A stretch of DNA of 64,000 bases from Candidatus Aminicenantes bacterium (GCA_963822075.1 CAWGGP010000011.1:98386-162385), one strand, 5' to 3'; numbered from the stretch's first letter, positions 30,192-45,355 are shown. Numbers and translations are program-made. Notes: generated from the sequence alone by a model not told the origin.

Positions 30192-32122
30192 TTAGCGGAA
30201 GCGGGAGATCACGGACTCTTTGATCTTCTCGAATACCTCGGCGTTGAAGCGGATCTTGTAGTCGTCCTTCTTGCTCAGCAGGAAAGAGCCGAAGCGGCTG
30301 TTCTTGGCGTCGGCGAGCCGGCGGCGGTAATAGCCGTCGCGTTCCCTGGCGAAATCCTGGTCGGAGACGGTTTTCTTGCTCTTCAGCTTGACGATGACGG
30401 CGGCCGTCTTCAGGTCGAGCGGGGCGGAATAAGAGTTCTCCGGCATGGCGAAAACGGCATCGTCCAGCCCCGGCGTTTCAGGGAAGTCGGCCAGGCGGTT
30501 CCCGCGCTGGTAGGTGGCGCTTTCCGCTTTCAGGTTCTCTTTTTTCAGGTACTCCTCGATCTTCTTGGCGTCGGCCAGCTTGTTCAGTTCCGCGGCCACG
30601 TTCTGGGCCCGCGCCATCTGCAGCTGCAGCTTCTTCGCGTTCTGCACTTCCATTTTGACCTTGTCCCTGGCGGCGGCGAGGGGCTCGGTTTCCGGCTTGA
30701 CGATGCGGGTCAGGCGGACCACGGCGACCCCCTCGGGGAATTCCAGGGGCGGGGAGATCTCATTGGCGCGCATGGTGAACAGCTTCTGGGAGATGTAGCC
30801 CATTTCATCGATGCCCTTGATGGGCTGCCCCTGGGTGAGCAGGCCGCTGTCGGTCACCTTGGCGGCCAGTTTCCCGGCGCCCTCCTTGAGGTTGTCGGCC
30901 TTCTTGATCTTTTCATAGGCCTGGCTGATGCGTTCCATGGCCAGGCTTCTTCAATTTCTCGTTCTCCAGCACGCCGCGGATGCGCGCCTTGACCTTGTCG
31001 TATTCCTCCTGCGTATCCGGGACCTTTTCGGCCACATACAGGAGCGCGAAGCCCTGGCCCGCGTCCACGGGCGAGGAGATCTCGTTGGCGTCAAGGTTGT
31101 TGATCATGGTCCTTTCCTGGGCGGTGAAATTCTGCCAGGCAAAATAGCCCCAGTCTCCCCCCTCCTTGGCTTTTTCGTCGCCCGACAGCTCGCGGGCCTT
31201 TTCCGGGAAATTCGCCGGCGTGAGCCCGGCGGCGATCTCGTCCATTTTTTTCAGGACCTGGTCGCGCGTCTGGGCGTCATAGGCGATCCAGATCCGGCTG
31301 ACCCTGGTTTTTCCCGGGACCTTGAACATGTTCTTGTTGGCCTTGAAATACGAGAACATCTCGTCTTCCTTCAGGGTGATCTCTTTCTTGAAATCGGCGA
31401 ACTTCAGGGCCAGGACCTCCCCGCCCCTTTTTTCAGGGCTTTGGAACAGCGCCGGGTTCTTCTGGTAAAAATCGGCGATCTCCGCCTCGCTGACCTCGGG
31501 GGCTTCCTTGATCTCGTCGCTTTTAAAGGCGATATACTCCAGTTCGGCCTTGTCGTTCTCCTTGCGGTAATCGGCGCGCAGGGTGTCGGCGTCGAGCGTC
31601 ACGTCGGCGGTCACCAATTCCTTCAGCTTTTCGCTGAGCAGGTCTTTTTTCAATCCGGCCTCGAAATCCTTCACCGTCATTTGATTATAGGCCAGCAGCC
31701 GTTCGTATTCCTCCGAGCCGATGAATTTCCCGTCGCGCTGGAAGGCGGGATACGAGCGGATGGCGTCCTGCAGCTCGGCGTTGCTGACTTCCAGGTTGAG
31801 TTTCGCGGCTTCGGACTGGATCATGCGCCCGCTGATGATGCCCTGGAGCACCTGCTCGGCGATGCCCAGCTGGTTGATCGCCTGGCGGCTGAGGTTGTTC
31901 TTGAACTGCTTGCTGTACATTCCCAGGCTCTGGGTAAGGTTCTTTTGGAACTCTTCGCCGCTGATCTTGTACCGGCCGACGGCGGCGACGTCGTTGGCCA
32001 GGGCCTCGGATGTCGAAGCCGCCCGAGCCCCACTGCACGAAAATGAAGCCGACGAACGTCAATATGACCAGCCACAGGACCCAGGAGAGCGATTTAACGT
32101 TTTTCCTCATGGTTTTGAGCAT
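30192..32122 (-). CDS. ppiD: Periplasmic chaperone PpiD-like (SurA-N + parvulin-like), with two frameshifts (~30930, ~32008)
   Basis: N-terminal anchor MLKTMRKNVKSLSWVLWLVILTFVGFIFVQWGSGG, then the frame changes to EALANDVAAVGRYKISGEEF..MYSKQFKNNLSRQAINQL.., then MERISQAYEKIKK... The order and architecture are typical of PpiD. Confidence 0.75.
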
Positions 32123-33686
32123 TTATTTTTCCTCCGCTAGCGTTTGGTTTTTGCTTTTCTTTTCAGCGATCTTCAGGTAGACCGACACGGTTGCCCCCCC
32201 GTTGTCGTTGTTCTTGATGACGATGTTCCCCTGGTGTTCCTGGATAATGTTGTAGGCGATGGTCAGGCCGATCCCCTTTTTCTGGGTGCGGCTCTTGGTG
32301 GTATAAAAAGGGTCGAAGGCCTTGTCCAGGTTCTTGAAGCCGCCGCCGTTGTCGCTGACGTCCACGATGGCCTGGCGGCCGTCCATCGATTTTTTCAGGT
32401 CGATGACGACCTTGCCGTTCTGGATGTTGTTCTCGCGCAGGGCTTCGATGGCGTTCTCCACGATGCCTTCGAAGACCTGCCAGCAGGGCGAAATGGTTGC
32501 CCTGGATGGTGATGTCCTCGCTGAAATGGTTCTTGACGACGGCAACCTCGCTGTTGTCCGGGCGGCTGGCGACGACCTTGACCAGTTTTTCCAGCAGGTT
32601 GGAAAGGCTGATCTCCATCTTGACCTGTTCCATGTCCGGGTTCAGCTGGTTGAGCTGGTCGATGATGTTCTTGATGCGCACGGCCTGCTTCTGGATGCTG
32701 CTCAGTTTTTCCTTGATGTAGGGGGTAGTGTCCTCGCGGATGGAGATGAGGTCGACGTAGCCCAGGATCCCGGTCAGCGGGTTGTTGATCTCGTGGGCGA
32801 AGCCCGAGACGATCGCCGTGAGCGATTTCTGCTTCTCCGACTGGATGATGTGCTGCTGCGTGTCCCGCAGCTCCTGCATGGCGACCTGCAGCTTCTGGTT
32901 CGACTCGTTCAGCTCGCGGGTGCGCGCGGTAACCTGTCTCTCCAGGTCGTGGTGGGTGGCCTCGATCTCGGTCATCATGCTCTCGATCTTCTCGGCCATT
33001 TCGTTGAACTGGTTGCCGAGGTAGGAGAACTCGTCGTTGGAGCGGATGTCGATGCGGTGGGAAAAATTCCCGTAGCTGATCTTTTCCAGGCCGTTTTTCA
33101 GCAGCTGGATGGGCTGGGTGAGCTTGCGGTTGATGAGCACGATGATGATGATGAAGACCGTCAGCAGCACGGCCGAGATGATGAGGATGTACAGGCGCAA
33201 TTCCGCCAGGACCGCCCGGTTCTGCTCGTTGGAGTGGCCGAAGACGATGCGGCCCCACACCGTGTCGGCGGCGGCGACCTTGACCGGCAGGGCGATCAGG
33301 TAATAGGGCTTGGCATTGAAGGTGGCCTCGACGACCTTCTCGTCCGCCTCGGAACGGAACGGTTCCAGCCCGGCCTTGGTCCCTTCCGGGCCCTTGAAGA
33401 AGATCTCCTTGCCCTGGGCGTCGAAGAGCATGATGAAATCCTGGTCGTTGCCTTTCAGGATATCCTCGGTCTGCGAGGTCAGGTTCATGTAGTTGAAATA
33501 GATGAAATTCGGCTCGGCCATGGCCTCGAAGTCCTTGGCCCAGCGCACGAAGCTCGTCTTGGCCATGCGGTTGTTGGCGGCATCGACGATATTCAAAATC
33601 AGGAATGAAGAGATGGCGATGTTCACCAGGCTGATCAGCATGAACGACAGCAGGAACTTGGAGCGCAGCGTGTTTGTTTTGAACAT
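32123..33686 (-). CDS. Sensor histidine kinase (2 TM, HAMP, HisKA, HATPase_c), with one frameshift (~32480)
   Basis: HAMP LTQPIQLLKNGLEKISYGNFSHRIDIRSNDEFSYLGNQFNEMAEKI. H-box FAHEINNPLTGILGY. After the shift, QVFEGIVENAIEA..VSDNGGGF..FDPFYTTK..GIGLTIAY. Confidence 0.85.
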
Positions 33687-33772
33687 TTGCTAAGGCCTAT
33701 TTTATTATATTAATGGATAAATAGCAACCGCGAAAGCGGCGGCCAGGGCCGTTGGCGCGGACGGTGCGCTGC

Positions 33773-34658
33773 TCAGTCGAAAATTTCGTGGATGACCTGG
33801 GGGGAATTGCGCCAGTCGGGGACGACCTTGACGTGCAGGTCGAGGAACACCTTCTTGGCGAAGTATTCCTCCAGGGCCGCGCGGCCGTCGGTGCCGATGC
33901 GCTTGATCAGGCCGCCCTGCTTGCCGATGACGATCTTCTTCTGCGAGGTCGACTCGACGTAGATCTCGGCGCGCACGTAGACCACTTCGCCGCGGTCAAC
34001 GATCTCCTCGACCTTCAGCGTGGTGGTGAACGGCAGCTCGTCCTCGACCTGGTCCAGCACTTTCTCGCGGATCAGCTCGCCCACGTAATAGTTCTGCGTC
34101 TGCAGCGTCGTCTCCTCGGCGGGGTAAAAATTCTCGCCCTCGGGCAGGGATTGGAAGATCAGCGTCTCGATCAGGTCGAGGTTGTCGCCCTTCAGCGCCG
34201 AGATGGGGACGATCTCCTTCCAGGGGAAGGCGTCCTTGTATTCCTGGATCTTCTCCAGCACCCGTCCCTTGTTCAGCTTGTCGATCTTGTTGATCACCAG
34301 GAAGACGCTTTTGCCGCGATTCGCGCAACAGGTCGAAGATGAACTCGTCGTGCTCGGCGGCGCCGATGTCGACGAAGAAGAGGACGAGGTCGGCGTCGTG
34401 CAGGGCGTCGCGCACATCCTTCATCATGCGCTCGTTCAGCCGGAAGTGGGGCTTGTGGATGCCCGGGCAGTCGAAGAAGACGGCCTGGCCCGCTTCCGTG
34501 GTCTTGATGCCCAGGATCTTCTTGCGCGTGGTCTGGGGCTTGTCGGAAACGATGGCGATCTTGGACTCCATCACGGCGTTGAGGAAGGTCGATTTGCCGA
34601 CGTTGGTCCGGCCCAGCAGGGCGACGTATCCCGACCGGCGCGGCTCACTTTTTTTCAT
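33773..34658 (-). CDS. era: GTPase Era, with one frameshift (~34318)
   Basis: [37 protein letters not shown] / [19 protein letters not shown] domain [13 protein letters not shown]. Confidence 0.9.
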
Positions 34659-35865
34659 GGGTGATGCGCACCGTCTTGATGCGGTTCTTCTCCATTTCCT
34701 TCACTTCGAACACGTAGCCCTCGACCGTGACCTTGTCCTGGACCGACGGGATCTTCCCCAGCATGCAGCTGATCAGGCCGGCGACGGTCTGGTAGTCCTC
34801 GTTGTCGTTGATCTCGATCCCCAGGGACTCGTTCAGTTCATAGATGGCGATGTCGCCGCGCACGGTGTAGCCGTCGCGGTCGCGGGCGATCGGTTCCAGG
34901 TCGTCGTCGTATTCGTCCTTGATGTCGCCGACGATCTCCTCGATGATGTCCTCCATGCTGATCACGCCGGAGACGCCGCCGAACTCGTCGCTGACGATGG
35001 CGAACTTCTGCTTGGTCTTCTGCATTTCCTTCAGCAGCTCCAGGATGCGCATGGTCTCGGGGATGAAGAACGGCGGGCGCAGGATCTCGCGGACGTGGAA
35101 ATCGCTGCGGCCCCAGTAATCGAGGACGTCCTTGGCCAGGATGATGCCCTCGACGTTGTCCAGCTTGTCGGCGATGACCGGGAAGCGGGATTTCTTCTTC
35201 TCGCGGATGATGGCGACGATCTCCTCCAGGCTGGAGTCGATATGCACGTGGACCATGTCCACCCGCGGCGTCATGATCTCCTTGACCAGGGTATCCCCGA
35301 ACTCGAGGACGCTCTCGATCATTTCCTGGTCCTCTTTCTCGATCACCCCCTCCTTCGCCCCCTCCTCGAGGAACACTTCCAGCTGCTCTTCGCTCGGCTC
35401 GGCGCCGTAATGCTCGTTGTGCTCGACCGGGTTTTCCTTTAAAAAGAGGGAAAAGATGAAATTCAGGGGATAGAAGATGAACCAGGCCAGGGGGAACAGG
35501 AAGATCAGGCCGCGCAGCACCTTTTCGCGATTGATATAGGCGACGATATAGAAGACCACGTTGAAGAACACGAGGTAGAACAGGCCGATGAGCAGGATGC
35601 GCGCCGCCGCTGAAGGGAGCCACGCCTCCAGGGCCTGGAAGGTGCACAGCAGCAGGATGATCTGCAGGACGAAAACGACCGTCTCCAGGGAATGGATGAC
35701 CAGGTCGAACTTTTCGACGAAGGCGAAGCGCGGCAGGTGGCGGCGGCCTTCCATGCTTTTGAGGAACTTGGCCAGCGAAATGCGCGAAAAACTCTCGAAG
35801 CTGCTCTCGAGCAGGTGGAAAAGGATGGCGATGATGTAGAGGGCGGCAAGGATGGCCAGGCTCAT
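34645..35865 (-). CDS. CNNM/DUF21 + CBS pair + CorC_HlyC transporter-associated protein (hemolysin/TlyC family)
   Basis: N-terminal 4-TM DUF21, [19 protein letters not shown], a CBS pair, and C-terminus [34 protein letters not shown]. Confidence 0.85.
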   Translation of the reverse strand: MSLAILAALYIIAILFHLLESSFESFSRISLAKFLKSMEGRRHLPRFAFVEKFDLVIHSLETVVFVLQIILLLCTFQALEAWLPSAAARILLIGLFYLVFFNVVFYIVAYINREKVLRGLIFLFPLAWFIFYPLNFIFSLFLKENPVEHNEHYGAEPSEEQLEVFLEEGAKEGVIEKEDQEMIESVLEFGDTLVKEIMTPRVDMVHVHIDSSLEEIVAIIREKKKSRFPVIADKLDNVEGIILAKDVLDYWGRSDFHVREILRPPFFIPETMRILELLKEMQKTKQKFAIVSDEFGGVSGVISMEDIIEEIVGDIKDEYDDDLEPIARDRDGYTVRGDIAIYELNESLGIEINDNEDYQTVAGLISCMLGKIPSVQDKVTVEGYVFEVKEMEKNRIKTVRITHEKK

Positions 35866-36278
35866 GGGAGTTCTCCGGCGAAGGCGGCGAACAAGCGCGC
35901 CTGCTGAGCCTGCATTTCCCCCTGGTCGCGCTCATGGTCGAGCCCGTGCAGGTGCAGCAGGCCGTGGATCATGAGCAGCAACAGCTCTTTTTCCAGCGAT
36001 TGCGAGTTCTGCCGCGCCTGCTTCCCGGCGATCGGCATGCAGATCAGCACGTCGCCGGCGTAGAGCCCTTCGGGCAGTTTTTCCCCCAGCGGGAAACTCA
36101 GCACGTCGGTGGCGCGGTCGATGCCGCGGTACTTGCGGTTCAGGGTCCGGACCTCGGCGGCTCCGGCGAGGCGGATGGTCGCCGTCCCCTTCAGGCCGAT
36201 GCGGGCGGCGATTTTATTGGCCAGTCCCTGGAATTTTTTTTCCGCCAGGGGGAAGCCTTCGTGCTGGATGCGGATCAT
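35862..36278 (-). CDS. ybeY: Endoribonuclease YbeY
   Basis: TDVLSFP..HGLLHLHGLDHE is the zinc motif. The start is taken at MIRIQHEG. Confidence 0.9.
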   Translation of the reverse strand: MIRIQHEGFPLAEKKFQGLANKIAARIGLKGTATIRLAGAAEVRTLNRKYRGIDRATDVLSFPLGEKLPEGLYAGDVLICMPIAGKQARQNSQSLEKELLLLMIHGLLHLHGLDHERDQGEMQAQQARLFAAFAGELP

Positions 36279-38551
36279 TCCGTCTTCCCCTTGCTGAAAT
36301 CGAAGCCCGGGTAGGCGACGCGCTGGTGGTAGATCGACGCCAGCTTGCCGTAAAAGCTCCCGGCGATGATGTGCAGCGCCTTGAAGGTCAGGCCGTCGCA
36401 CTCGTCGAACTGGTTTTCGGCGATGTCGGAGGCGATGATCTTCTCCACCACGTTGCGGATGTCGCCGTCGTCCGGCGCCGAGAGACTCTTGGAAGCCGCT
36501 TCCACCTGGTCGGCCAGCATGATGATGGCCTCCTCGATCTGCTGCGGCTTGCGGCCGGGATAACGGAACATGTTGTCGTCGAAATCGTCCATCTCCCCCG
36601 CTTTGAGCTCCTTGGCCTTGGCGTAAAAATATTTTACCCGCTTGGTGCCGTGATGCTGGGAAATCGCCTGCATGACCTTTTTCGGGAGTTTCAGCTCCTC
36701 GGCTTTTTCCATTCCCTGGGGAATGTGGGCGATGATGACCTTGGCGCTGTCCAGGGGGGTGAGCTGCCCGTGGGGGTCGTCGTAGACCGATTGGTTCTCG
36801 GTGAAGAACTGGGGGTTCTCGATCTTGCCCAGATCGTGGTACAGGGCCATGGCCCGCACCAGCAGCGGCGACAGGTCCAGCTCCTGGGCGGCGGCCTCCG
36901 CCAGCGAGGCCACCATCTGCGAGTGGTGATAGGTGCCCGGCGCCTTTTCCAGCATTTCGCGGAAAACCGGCAGGTTGAGATTGGTGATCTCGACCAGCTT
37001 CAGGTCGGTGACCAGTTTGAATATCACCTCCCAGAGCGGGATCATGAAATTGGCGAGCAGCGCCGACAGCAGGGCGGAAAGGATCCCCAGGATCACGTAA
37101 AAGGCGACTTTCGTCCAGCTGGCGTCCTCGCCGGTCAGGGCGAACATCAGGGTGGTGAGGATATTGACCGGCAGCAGCCAGAAAAAACCCGCTTTCAGGA
37201 TGGAGGAACGCTTCAAGCGCTGGTAATATTCGACGCCGAAGGCGACGGCGAGGTTGCCGGCCAGCACGAAAAGCAGGATGGGGAAATTCCAGTCGCAGAT
37301 GAAACCGCCGATGATGGCGTTGATGAACGAAAAAATGACCGCGCTCTGCAGGTCGAAAAGGAAGGCGATGATCAGCGAGCCGACGGCGAAGGGGATGCCA
37401 TAGACCAGCCCGGCGCCGTCGGACTGGATGTCGAGGGTGACGTTTTTCAGGATCAGCGGGTAGATGAACAGCGCCAGGCGGTATATCACCGCGCTGGCGA
37501 TCAAGGTCATCCCGGAAACGAAATTGAGCCGGTTGCGGTTGATGCCGCCGGTCTGGGTCAGGGCGTTCAGCCGCCAGAAGAAGAAAAACAGGATGCTCAA
37601 GGTCGTGAGGATAAGGAAAATGCCCGGCAATTTCTGCGAGCTCGTCGTTTCCTCGGCCGCGATCAACTGGATCAGGCGCAGTTGGTCCTTGTTGATCTCG
37701 TCCCCGCGGCGGAGGACGATCTTGCCCTTTTTCAAATGAATGAAGACGGGGTTGACCAGCGCCAGGGTCTTCTCTTCCTGGAGGCGGGTCAAAACCTTCG
37801 AAAAAGAGACGTTGATGGAGATGAATTCCAGGAGGATGGGCTTTAGAAGTTCTTTTTCCCGCTTATCGAGCCGGGAATCCGATAAAAATGCGGACAAATT
37901 GCCGTCAATATCGTTCAGATCGAAAAAATCCGACAATTTGGCCTGGTAATAACCTTTTTTCTCATTGTAAATGATGATTATGTCGCCGGCGCCCTTGGGG
38001 ATGCCTATCTTGGAAAGCAAAATGCCCCTATCTTCCCAGCTTTTGATTTCCGACAGCAGGCGGTTCAGGTCGATCTTGGCGAAGGTATTGGACTGGATGA
38101 GCGCGCTGATCGTCGCCGGCGGCAGGTCCAGGCCGAAATTCTCGCTGATGCGGGTGCGGATAGCCGCCAGGTTCTGCTTTTTCAGGGGGAATTCCTTGCG
38201 GATATCCTTGAAGAATTTGAACCACTCGTTCAGCAGCATCTGGCTGCCGGCGACCTTCTGCTCGTTGAATTCGTACACCGGGACCAGGCTGTCCAGCGCT
38301 TTGCGCCGGTTCTGCACGGTCGTTTCCCGGTCCTCCACGGTCATGTCCTTGCGGATGACGATGTCTTCGCCGGCGATGTCGCCTGCTTTCAGGCCGGAAT
38401 CCATGATGGAGCGCGCCGGGGGCACGTAGCTGATATAGGCGATGCTCAGGACAAAAAGGGCGCCGATCAGCAGCTTGCCCAGCGGGGAGCTGCTTTTTTC
38501 CGGGGCGGCCGGCTGCTTGATTTTCTTTTTCAATTCCAGGTCGAAATTCAT
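36275..38551 (-). CDS. pgpH: 7TM-receptor-with-intracellular-HD hydrolase (YqfF/PgpH family; cyclic-di-AMP phosphodiesterase in characterised members)
   Basis: 758 aa with an extracellular N-domain, 7 TM helices and a C-terminal HD domain (YHHSQMVASLAE..ALYHDLGK..HHG). It sits in the phoH-pgpH-ybeY synteny. Confidence 0.75.
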   Translation of the reverse strand: MNFDLELKKKIKQPAAPEKSSSPLGKLLIGALFVLSIAYISYVPPARSIMDSGLKAGDIAGEDIVIRKDMTVEDRETTVQNRRKALDSLVPVYEFNEQKVAGSQMLLNEWFKFFKDIRKEFPLKKQNLAAIRTRISENFGLDLPPATISALIQSNTFAKIDLNRLLSEIKSWEDRGILLSKIGIPKGAGDIIIIYNEKKGYYQAKLSDFFDLNDIDGNLSAFLSDSRLDKREKELLKPILLEFISINVSFSKVLTRLQEEKTLALVNPVFIHLKKGKIVLRRGDEINKDQLRLIQLIAAEETTSSQKLPGIFLILTTLSILFFFFWRLNALTQTGGINRNRLNFVSGMTLIASAVIYRLALFIYPLILKNVTLDIQSDGAGLVYGIPFAVGSLIIAFLFDLQSAVIFSFINAIIGGFICDWNFPILLFVLAGNLAVAFGVEYYQRLKRSSILKAGFFWLLPVNILTTLMFALTGEDASWTKVAFYVILGILSALLSALLANFMIPLWEVIFKLVTDLKLVEITNLNLPVFREMLEKAPGTYHHSQMVASLAEAAAQELDLSPLLVRAMALYHDLGKIENPQFFTENQSVYDDPHGQLTPLDSAKVIIAHIPQGMEKAEELKLPKKVMQAISQHHGTKRVKYFYAKAKELKAGEMDDFDDNMFRYPGRKPQQIEEAIIMLADQVEAASKSLSAPDDGDIRNVVEKIIASDIAENQFDECDGLTFKALHIIAGSFYGKLASIYHQRVAYPGFDFSKGKTE

Positions 38552-39490
38552 TTTTCCGCCCTTTCGTAGGCTTCGATGATGCGCTGGATGAGCGGATGGC
38601 GGACCACGTCCTTCATGGTCAGGTGCACCACGTTGATCCCCGGCACGTTTTTCAGGATGCGGATGGCCTTGAATATCCCGGATTTTTTCGGGATGTCCAG
38701 GTCGATCTGCGTGATATCGGCGGTGACCACCACCCGCGAATTCAATCCGAAGCGGGTCAGGAACATCTTCATCTGGGAATCCACGGTGTTCTGCCCCTCG
38801 TCGAGGATGATGAACGCGTCGTTGATGGTCCGGCCGCGCATGTAGGCCAGCGGCGCGATCTCGATGATCCCTTTTTCGATCAGTTCCGAGGTCCTTTCGA
38901 AGCCGATAAGGAAATATAGGGCGTCATAAAGCGGGCGCAGGTAGGGATTGATCTTCTGCTGGATGTCGCCGGGCAGGAAGCCCAGCTTTTCACCGGCTTC
39001 CACCACCGGGCGCGTCAGAACGATGCGCTCCACCCTCTTGCTGAGCAGGAAATTCAGGGCCATGGCGATGGCCAGGAAGGTTTTGCCGGTTCCCGCCGGC
39101 CCGATGCCGAACACCATGTCCCGCTCCTGGATGGCCTGGACATAAATATGCTGGTTGGGGGTCTTGGGGAAAACTTCCTTGCCGTCCACCTTGATATGGT
39201 TCTTTTTGAATATTTTTTCCTGCATCTGGTCGATCTCGCCGCTTTCGACCAGTTGCAGGCTGTATTGGATGTCCTGGTCGCGCAGGCGGCCGTGTTCCTG
39301 CGTGGATGCGGGCCAGGTGCTGCAGGTATTTCTTGAATTTCCTGGCCTGGGCGCCGTCGCCCGCGAACATGATCTTGTTGCCGCGCAGGGAGATCTCCAG
39401 GTCGAACGCCCCCTCGAAGGCGGCCGTGTTTTTCTGGATCAGGACCGGGAAATGATCGCCCAGATCGTCCGGGCAGATGAATTCTTCCAT
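38548..39490 (-). CDS. phoH: PhoH-like ATPase (YbeZ), with one frameshift (~39300)
   Basis: N-terminus MEEFICPDD..ISLRGNKIMFAGDG then QEHGRLRDQDIQ..; Walker A GPAGTGKTFLA, RPVVEAGEKLGFLPGD, LAYMRGRT and ILDEGQN. Confidence 0.85.
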
Positions 39491-39527
39491 TTAAAACGTA
39501 CCCGACAACTCGCTTTTCATTGCCTTG

Positions 39528-39556
39528 ATTATAGGGAGCAATCGCTGAAAAGTCAA
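39528..39556 (-). promoter_or_regulatory. Near-consensus sigma70 promoter of the phoH-pgpH-ybeY-corC-era operon
   Basis: On the minus strand: TTGACT (39556-39551), 17-nt spacer, TATAAT (39533-39528). This is ~38 nt upstream of the phoH ATG. Confidence 0.55.
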
Positions 39557-39583
39557 ATCCCGCCGCCTGGCCGTCGTCGGTCC

Positions 39584-40522
39584 TTACTTGTGCCCGGGGT
39601 GCAGGTCGAGCTTGACATACATGGCCACGTCGGGGACGGTGTCCATGGGAGGCAGGTCCTCCATCAGGCCGATCTCGATGCCGTTTTTGAAGCGGAAGGC
39701 GATGTACATCATCTTGCCGGGGTTGGCGTTCTCGGAGAACGTGAGCGGCGAGGAGCGCAGGATGACGCCCAAAACCCAGCGGGAGAGGGTCGCCTTCACT
39801 TCGGCCTGGAAATAATGGCGCCGGGAGTCTTCGCCGGACAGCCAATCCGGCCGGTCGAAGTACACCGCCAGCAGCGAGGCGGATACGGACACCTTGTCCC
39901 GGTAGTACTCCCCCATCACCCCCGCCAGCAGATAGGGCTTTTTGGAAGAGATCCCGGGCTGGTCGGAGAGGGGGATGCCCAGCCCCAGCCGTCCGTTCAG
40001 GTCCACCGAGCCGAAACGGCGGATCCGGGCGGCGAGGCTGATCACCAGCGGCGACGGGGCCCAGCGGTTCCGCCGGTAGTAAAAACGGTCCTTGTATTTG
40101 TAGTGGATCGTCTTTTCCGGAAAGATGTCGCGCCCCGAATCGGAGTATCCCAGCGCCGAGTCGACCTTCTTGATGAACTGGTCGAGGCCGCCGTCGTAAT
40201 AACTGCGAACGCCGCCGGCGACCTCGAGGGTGATGCTCCGGGACAGGGAGCGGCGATGGGAAAAGCAGAAGGCGAGGACGGAAAGGTCGTTGATGGCTTC
40301 GAAATCACGGGTGAACGAGAAAATATTGGCATCGGAAATGGTGAATTCCCAGCTCCGCTCCCCCGGCGGCAGCACGCGGCCCTCCAGCGACGGGATCCAG
40401 GCCAGCGCCTGGATGAACGGGAATTGGATCTCCTGGGCGCCGAGCGGCGCCGCGGGCGCCAGCCAGGCCATGGCGGCCAGAATCAACGCCGTTTTTCCCA
40501 GCGCAGTCAGAATCGCTTTCAT
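39584..40522 (-). CDS. Secreted, probably outer-membrane beta-barrel protein (I recall this pattern as DUF3187)
   Basis: Signal peptide MKAILTALGKTALILAAMAWLAPAAPLGA, alternating beta-strand-like sequence and a C-terminal aromatic-rich region. The listed 811-aa ORF upstream of M40522 is a shadow ORF over the DASS gene. Confidence 0.5.
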   Translation of the reverse strand: MKAILTALGKTALILAAMAWLAPAAPLGAQEIQFPFIQALAWIPSLEGRVLPPGERSWEFTISDANIFSFTRDFEAINDLSVLAFCFSHRRSLSRSITLEVAGGVRSYYDGGLDQFIKKVDSALGYSDSGRDIFPEKTIHYKYKDRFYYRRNRWAPSPLVISLAARIRRFGSVDLNGRLGLGIPLSDQPGISSKKPYLLAGVMGEYYRDKVSVSASLLAVYFDRPDWLSGEDSRRHYFQAEVKATLSRWVLGVILRSSPLTFSENANPGKMMYIAFRFKNGIEIGLMEDLPPMDTVPDVAMYVKLDLHPGHK

Positions 40523-40536
40523 GGCGCGACCTCCTC

Positions 40537-42108
40537 TCAGGCCAGCCCGATCCAGGGCAACAAGAGCCTCAGGCAGGCCCAGATGACCAGGCCGCCCATC
40601 AGGTCGAAGAGAAACCCGGCCCTGACCATTTTCATAATCGGCACCAGGCCGGAGCCGTAGACAATGGCGTTCGGGGGGGTGGAAACCGGCAGCATGAACC
40701 CCCAGCTGCAGCCGATGATGGCGCCCAGCGCCGGCGGCACGGGGTTGACTCCGGCGGCCAGCGCCAGGCTGATGACGACCGGGACCACCATGTTCGCCGC
40801 CGCGGTATTGGAGGTCGTTTCGCTGGCGATGATGGCGATGAAAATGGCGGCAAAGGTGATTCCCCAGAGCGACTCGGCGCCCGAGACCCGCAGCAGCCCC
40901 TGGCCGACATGGTCGGCCAGCTTGGTCGTGAACATGAGGTTGCCCAGGCTCAAGCCGCCTCCGAACAGCAGCAGCGTGCCCCAGTCGATGTCCACCGCCT
41001 GCCGCCAGGTGATGGTGAACTCCCTTTTCTTCCAGTCGACGGGAAGCAGGAACAGCAGGGCCGCCCCGAGCAGCGCGGCGGCGGACTCGGGCAGGTGGCC
41101 GCCGTACCATTTGGCCGGCGCCGAGGCGCTGCCCCGGAACACGGCCAGGAACCCCGGGATCACCCAGAGGCAGACCGTCACCAGGAAGGCCGCCAGGGCG
41201 TTCTTCTGGCCCCGGCTCCAGGGGCCGAGCTTGGCCAGCTCCTGGCGCACGTAGTCGCGGCTGCCCGCGATCAGGGGCATTTCCGGCCGGTGCAGGAAAT
41301 ACAGCAGGAAGAACAGCAGCGCGTACATCACGAGCAGCATGGGCACCGCGAACAACATCCAGCGGAAGAAGGGGATCTTCACCCCGGCGAACTTTTCGAT
41401 CATGGCCAGGCCGATCAGGTTGGGCGGAGTGCCCACCGGCGTGCCGATGCCCCCCACCGACGAGGCGTAAGCGGCCATCAGCATCATCCCCGTCGCGAAG
41501 CGGAAGCGGGACGGGTCGATCGCCCGGCCGCATTTTTTTTCCAGCAGCCCCGCCATAGCCGTGATGATGCCGAGCCCGATCGGGAACATCATCGCCGTGG
41601 TGGCGGTATTGCTGATCCACATGGAGATGAAAGCGGAAATGGCGCCGTAGGCGAACAGGATGCGCCAGGCCCGGTCGCCGATCCAGCCCATGGACAGGAT
41701 GCCGAAGGCGAATCTCCGGTCCAGGCCCTGGACGCTCATGGCGCGGGCCAGGATGAAGCTGCCCAGGAACAGGAAAATGGTCGGCTCGGCGAATGGCGCC
41801 AGGACGGTCTTGGCGTCGGCGACGCCGGCCAGCACGCACAGGACGGCCCCCAGCAGGGCGCTGACCGGGATCGGGACCGGCTCCCCTATCCACCAGACGA
41901 CGATCCAGGCGATGATGGCGGCCAGGGCATGCGCTTCGGGGCTGACGCCGCGCATGGGCATGAGCCTTACCGCCAGGCCGAGCAGCGGCCCCAGGAAAAG
42001 GCTGCCCCGCTGGCGCCATGATTCCACTTTTTCCTCGAAGGGAGAGATCACCGCCTCGGGCTCGCAGGGCTGCAGCGGGCGGGGTTGACTGTCGGGCTTT
42101 TCTTTCAC
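40537..42108 (-). CDS. DASS/SLC13-family sodium-coupled anion (di/tricarboxylate or sulfate) symporter
   Basis: 523 aa and polytopic, with WWIGEPVPIPVSALLG, MWISNTATTAMMFPI and IASETTSNTAAANMVVPV (duplicated SNT hairpin motifs). Confidence 0.85.
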   Translation of the reverse strand: MKEKPDSQPRPLQPCEPEAVISPFEEKVESWRQRGSLFLGPLLGLAVRLMPMRGVSPEAHALAAIIAWIVVWWIGEPVPIPVSALLGAVLCVLAGVADAKTVLAPFAEPTIFLFLGSFILARAMSVQGLDRRFAFGILSMGWIGDRAWRILFAYGAISAFISMWISNTATTAMMFPIGLGIITAMAGLLEKKCGRAIDPSRFRFATGMMLMAAYASSVGGIGTPVGTPPNLIGLAMIEKFAGVKIPFFRWMLFAVPMLLVMYALLFFLLYFLHRPEMPLIAGSRDYVRQELAKLGPWSRGQKNALAAFLVTVCLWVIPGFLAVFRGSASAPAKWYGGHLPESAAALLGAALLFLLPVDWKKREFTITWRQAVDIDWGTLLLFGGGLSLGNLMFTTKLADHVGQGLLRVSGAESLWGITFAAIFIAIIASETTSNTAAANMVVPVVISLALAAGVNPVPPALGAIIGCSWGFMLPVSTPPNAIVYGSGLVPIMKMVRAGFLFDLMGGLVIWACLRLLLPWIGLA

Positions 42109-42122
42109 GTGGGCTCCTGTCC

Positions 42123-45355
<3,233 letters not shown>

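Noticed and set aside
39584-42019. 811-aa ORF suggesting one giant protein across 39.6-42.0 kb.
   Set aside because: Only the last 313 aa (from M at 40522) look protein-like. The upstream 500 aa are Arg/Gly/Pro-rich shadow sequence in a different frame on the same strand as the DASS symporter gene, which has clear transporter motifs.
42090-42110. Half-match to parS (TTTCACGTG) near the DASS transporter start.
   Set aside because: Only 9 of 16 positions of TGTTTCACGTGAAACA match, and the second half-site is absent.
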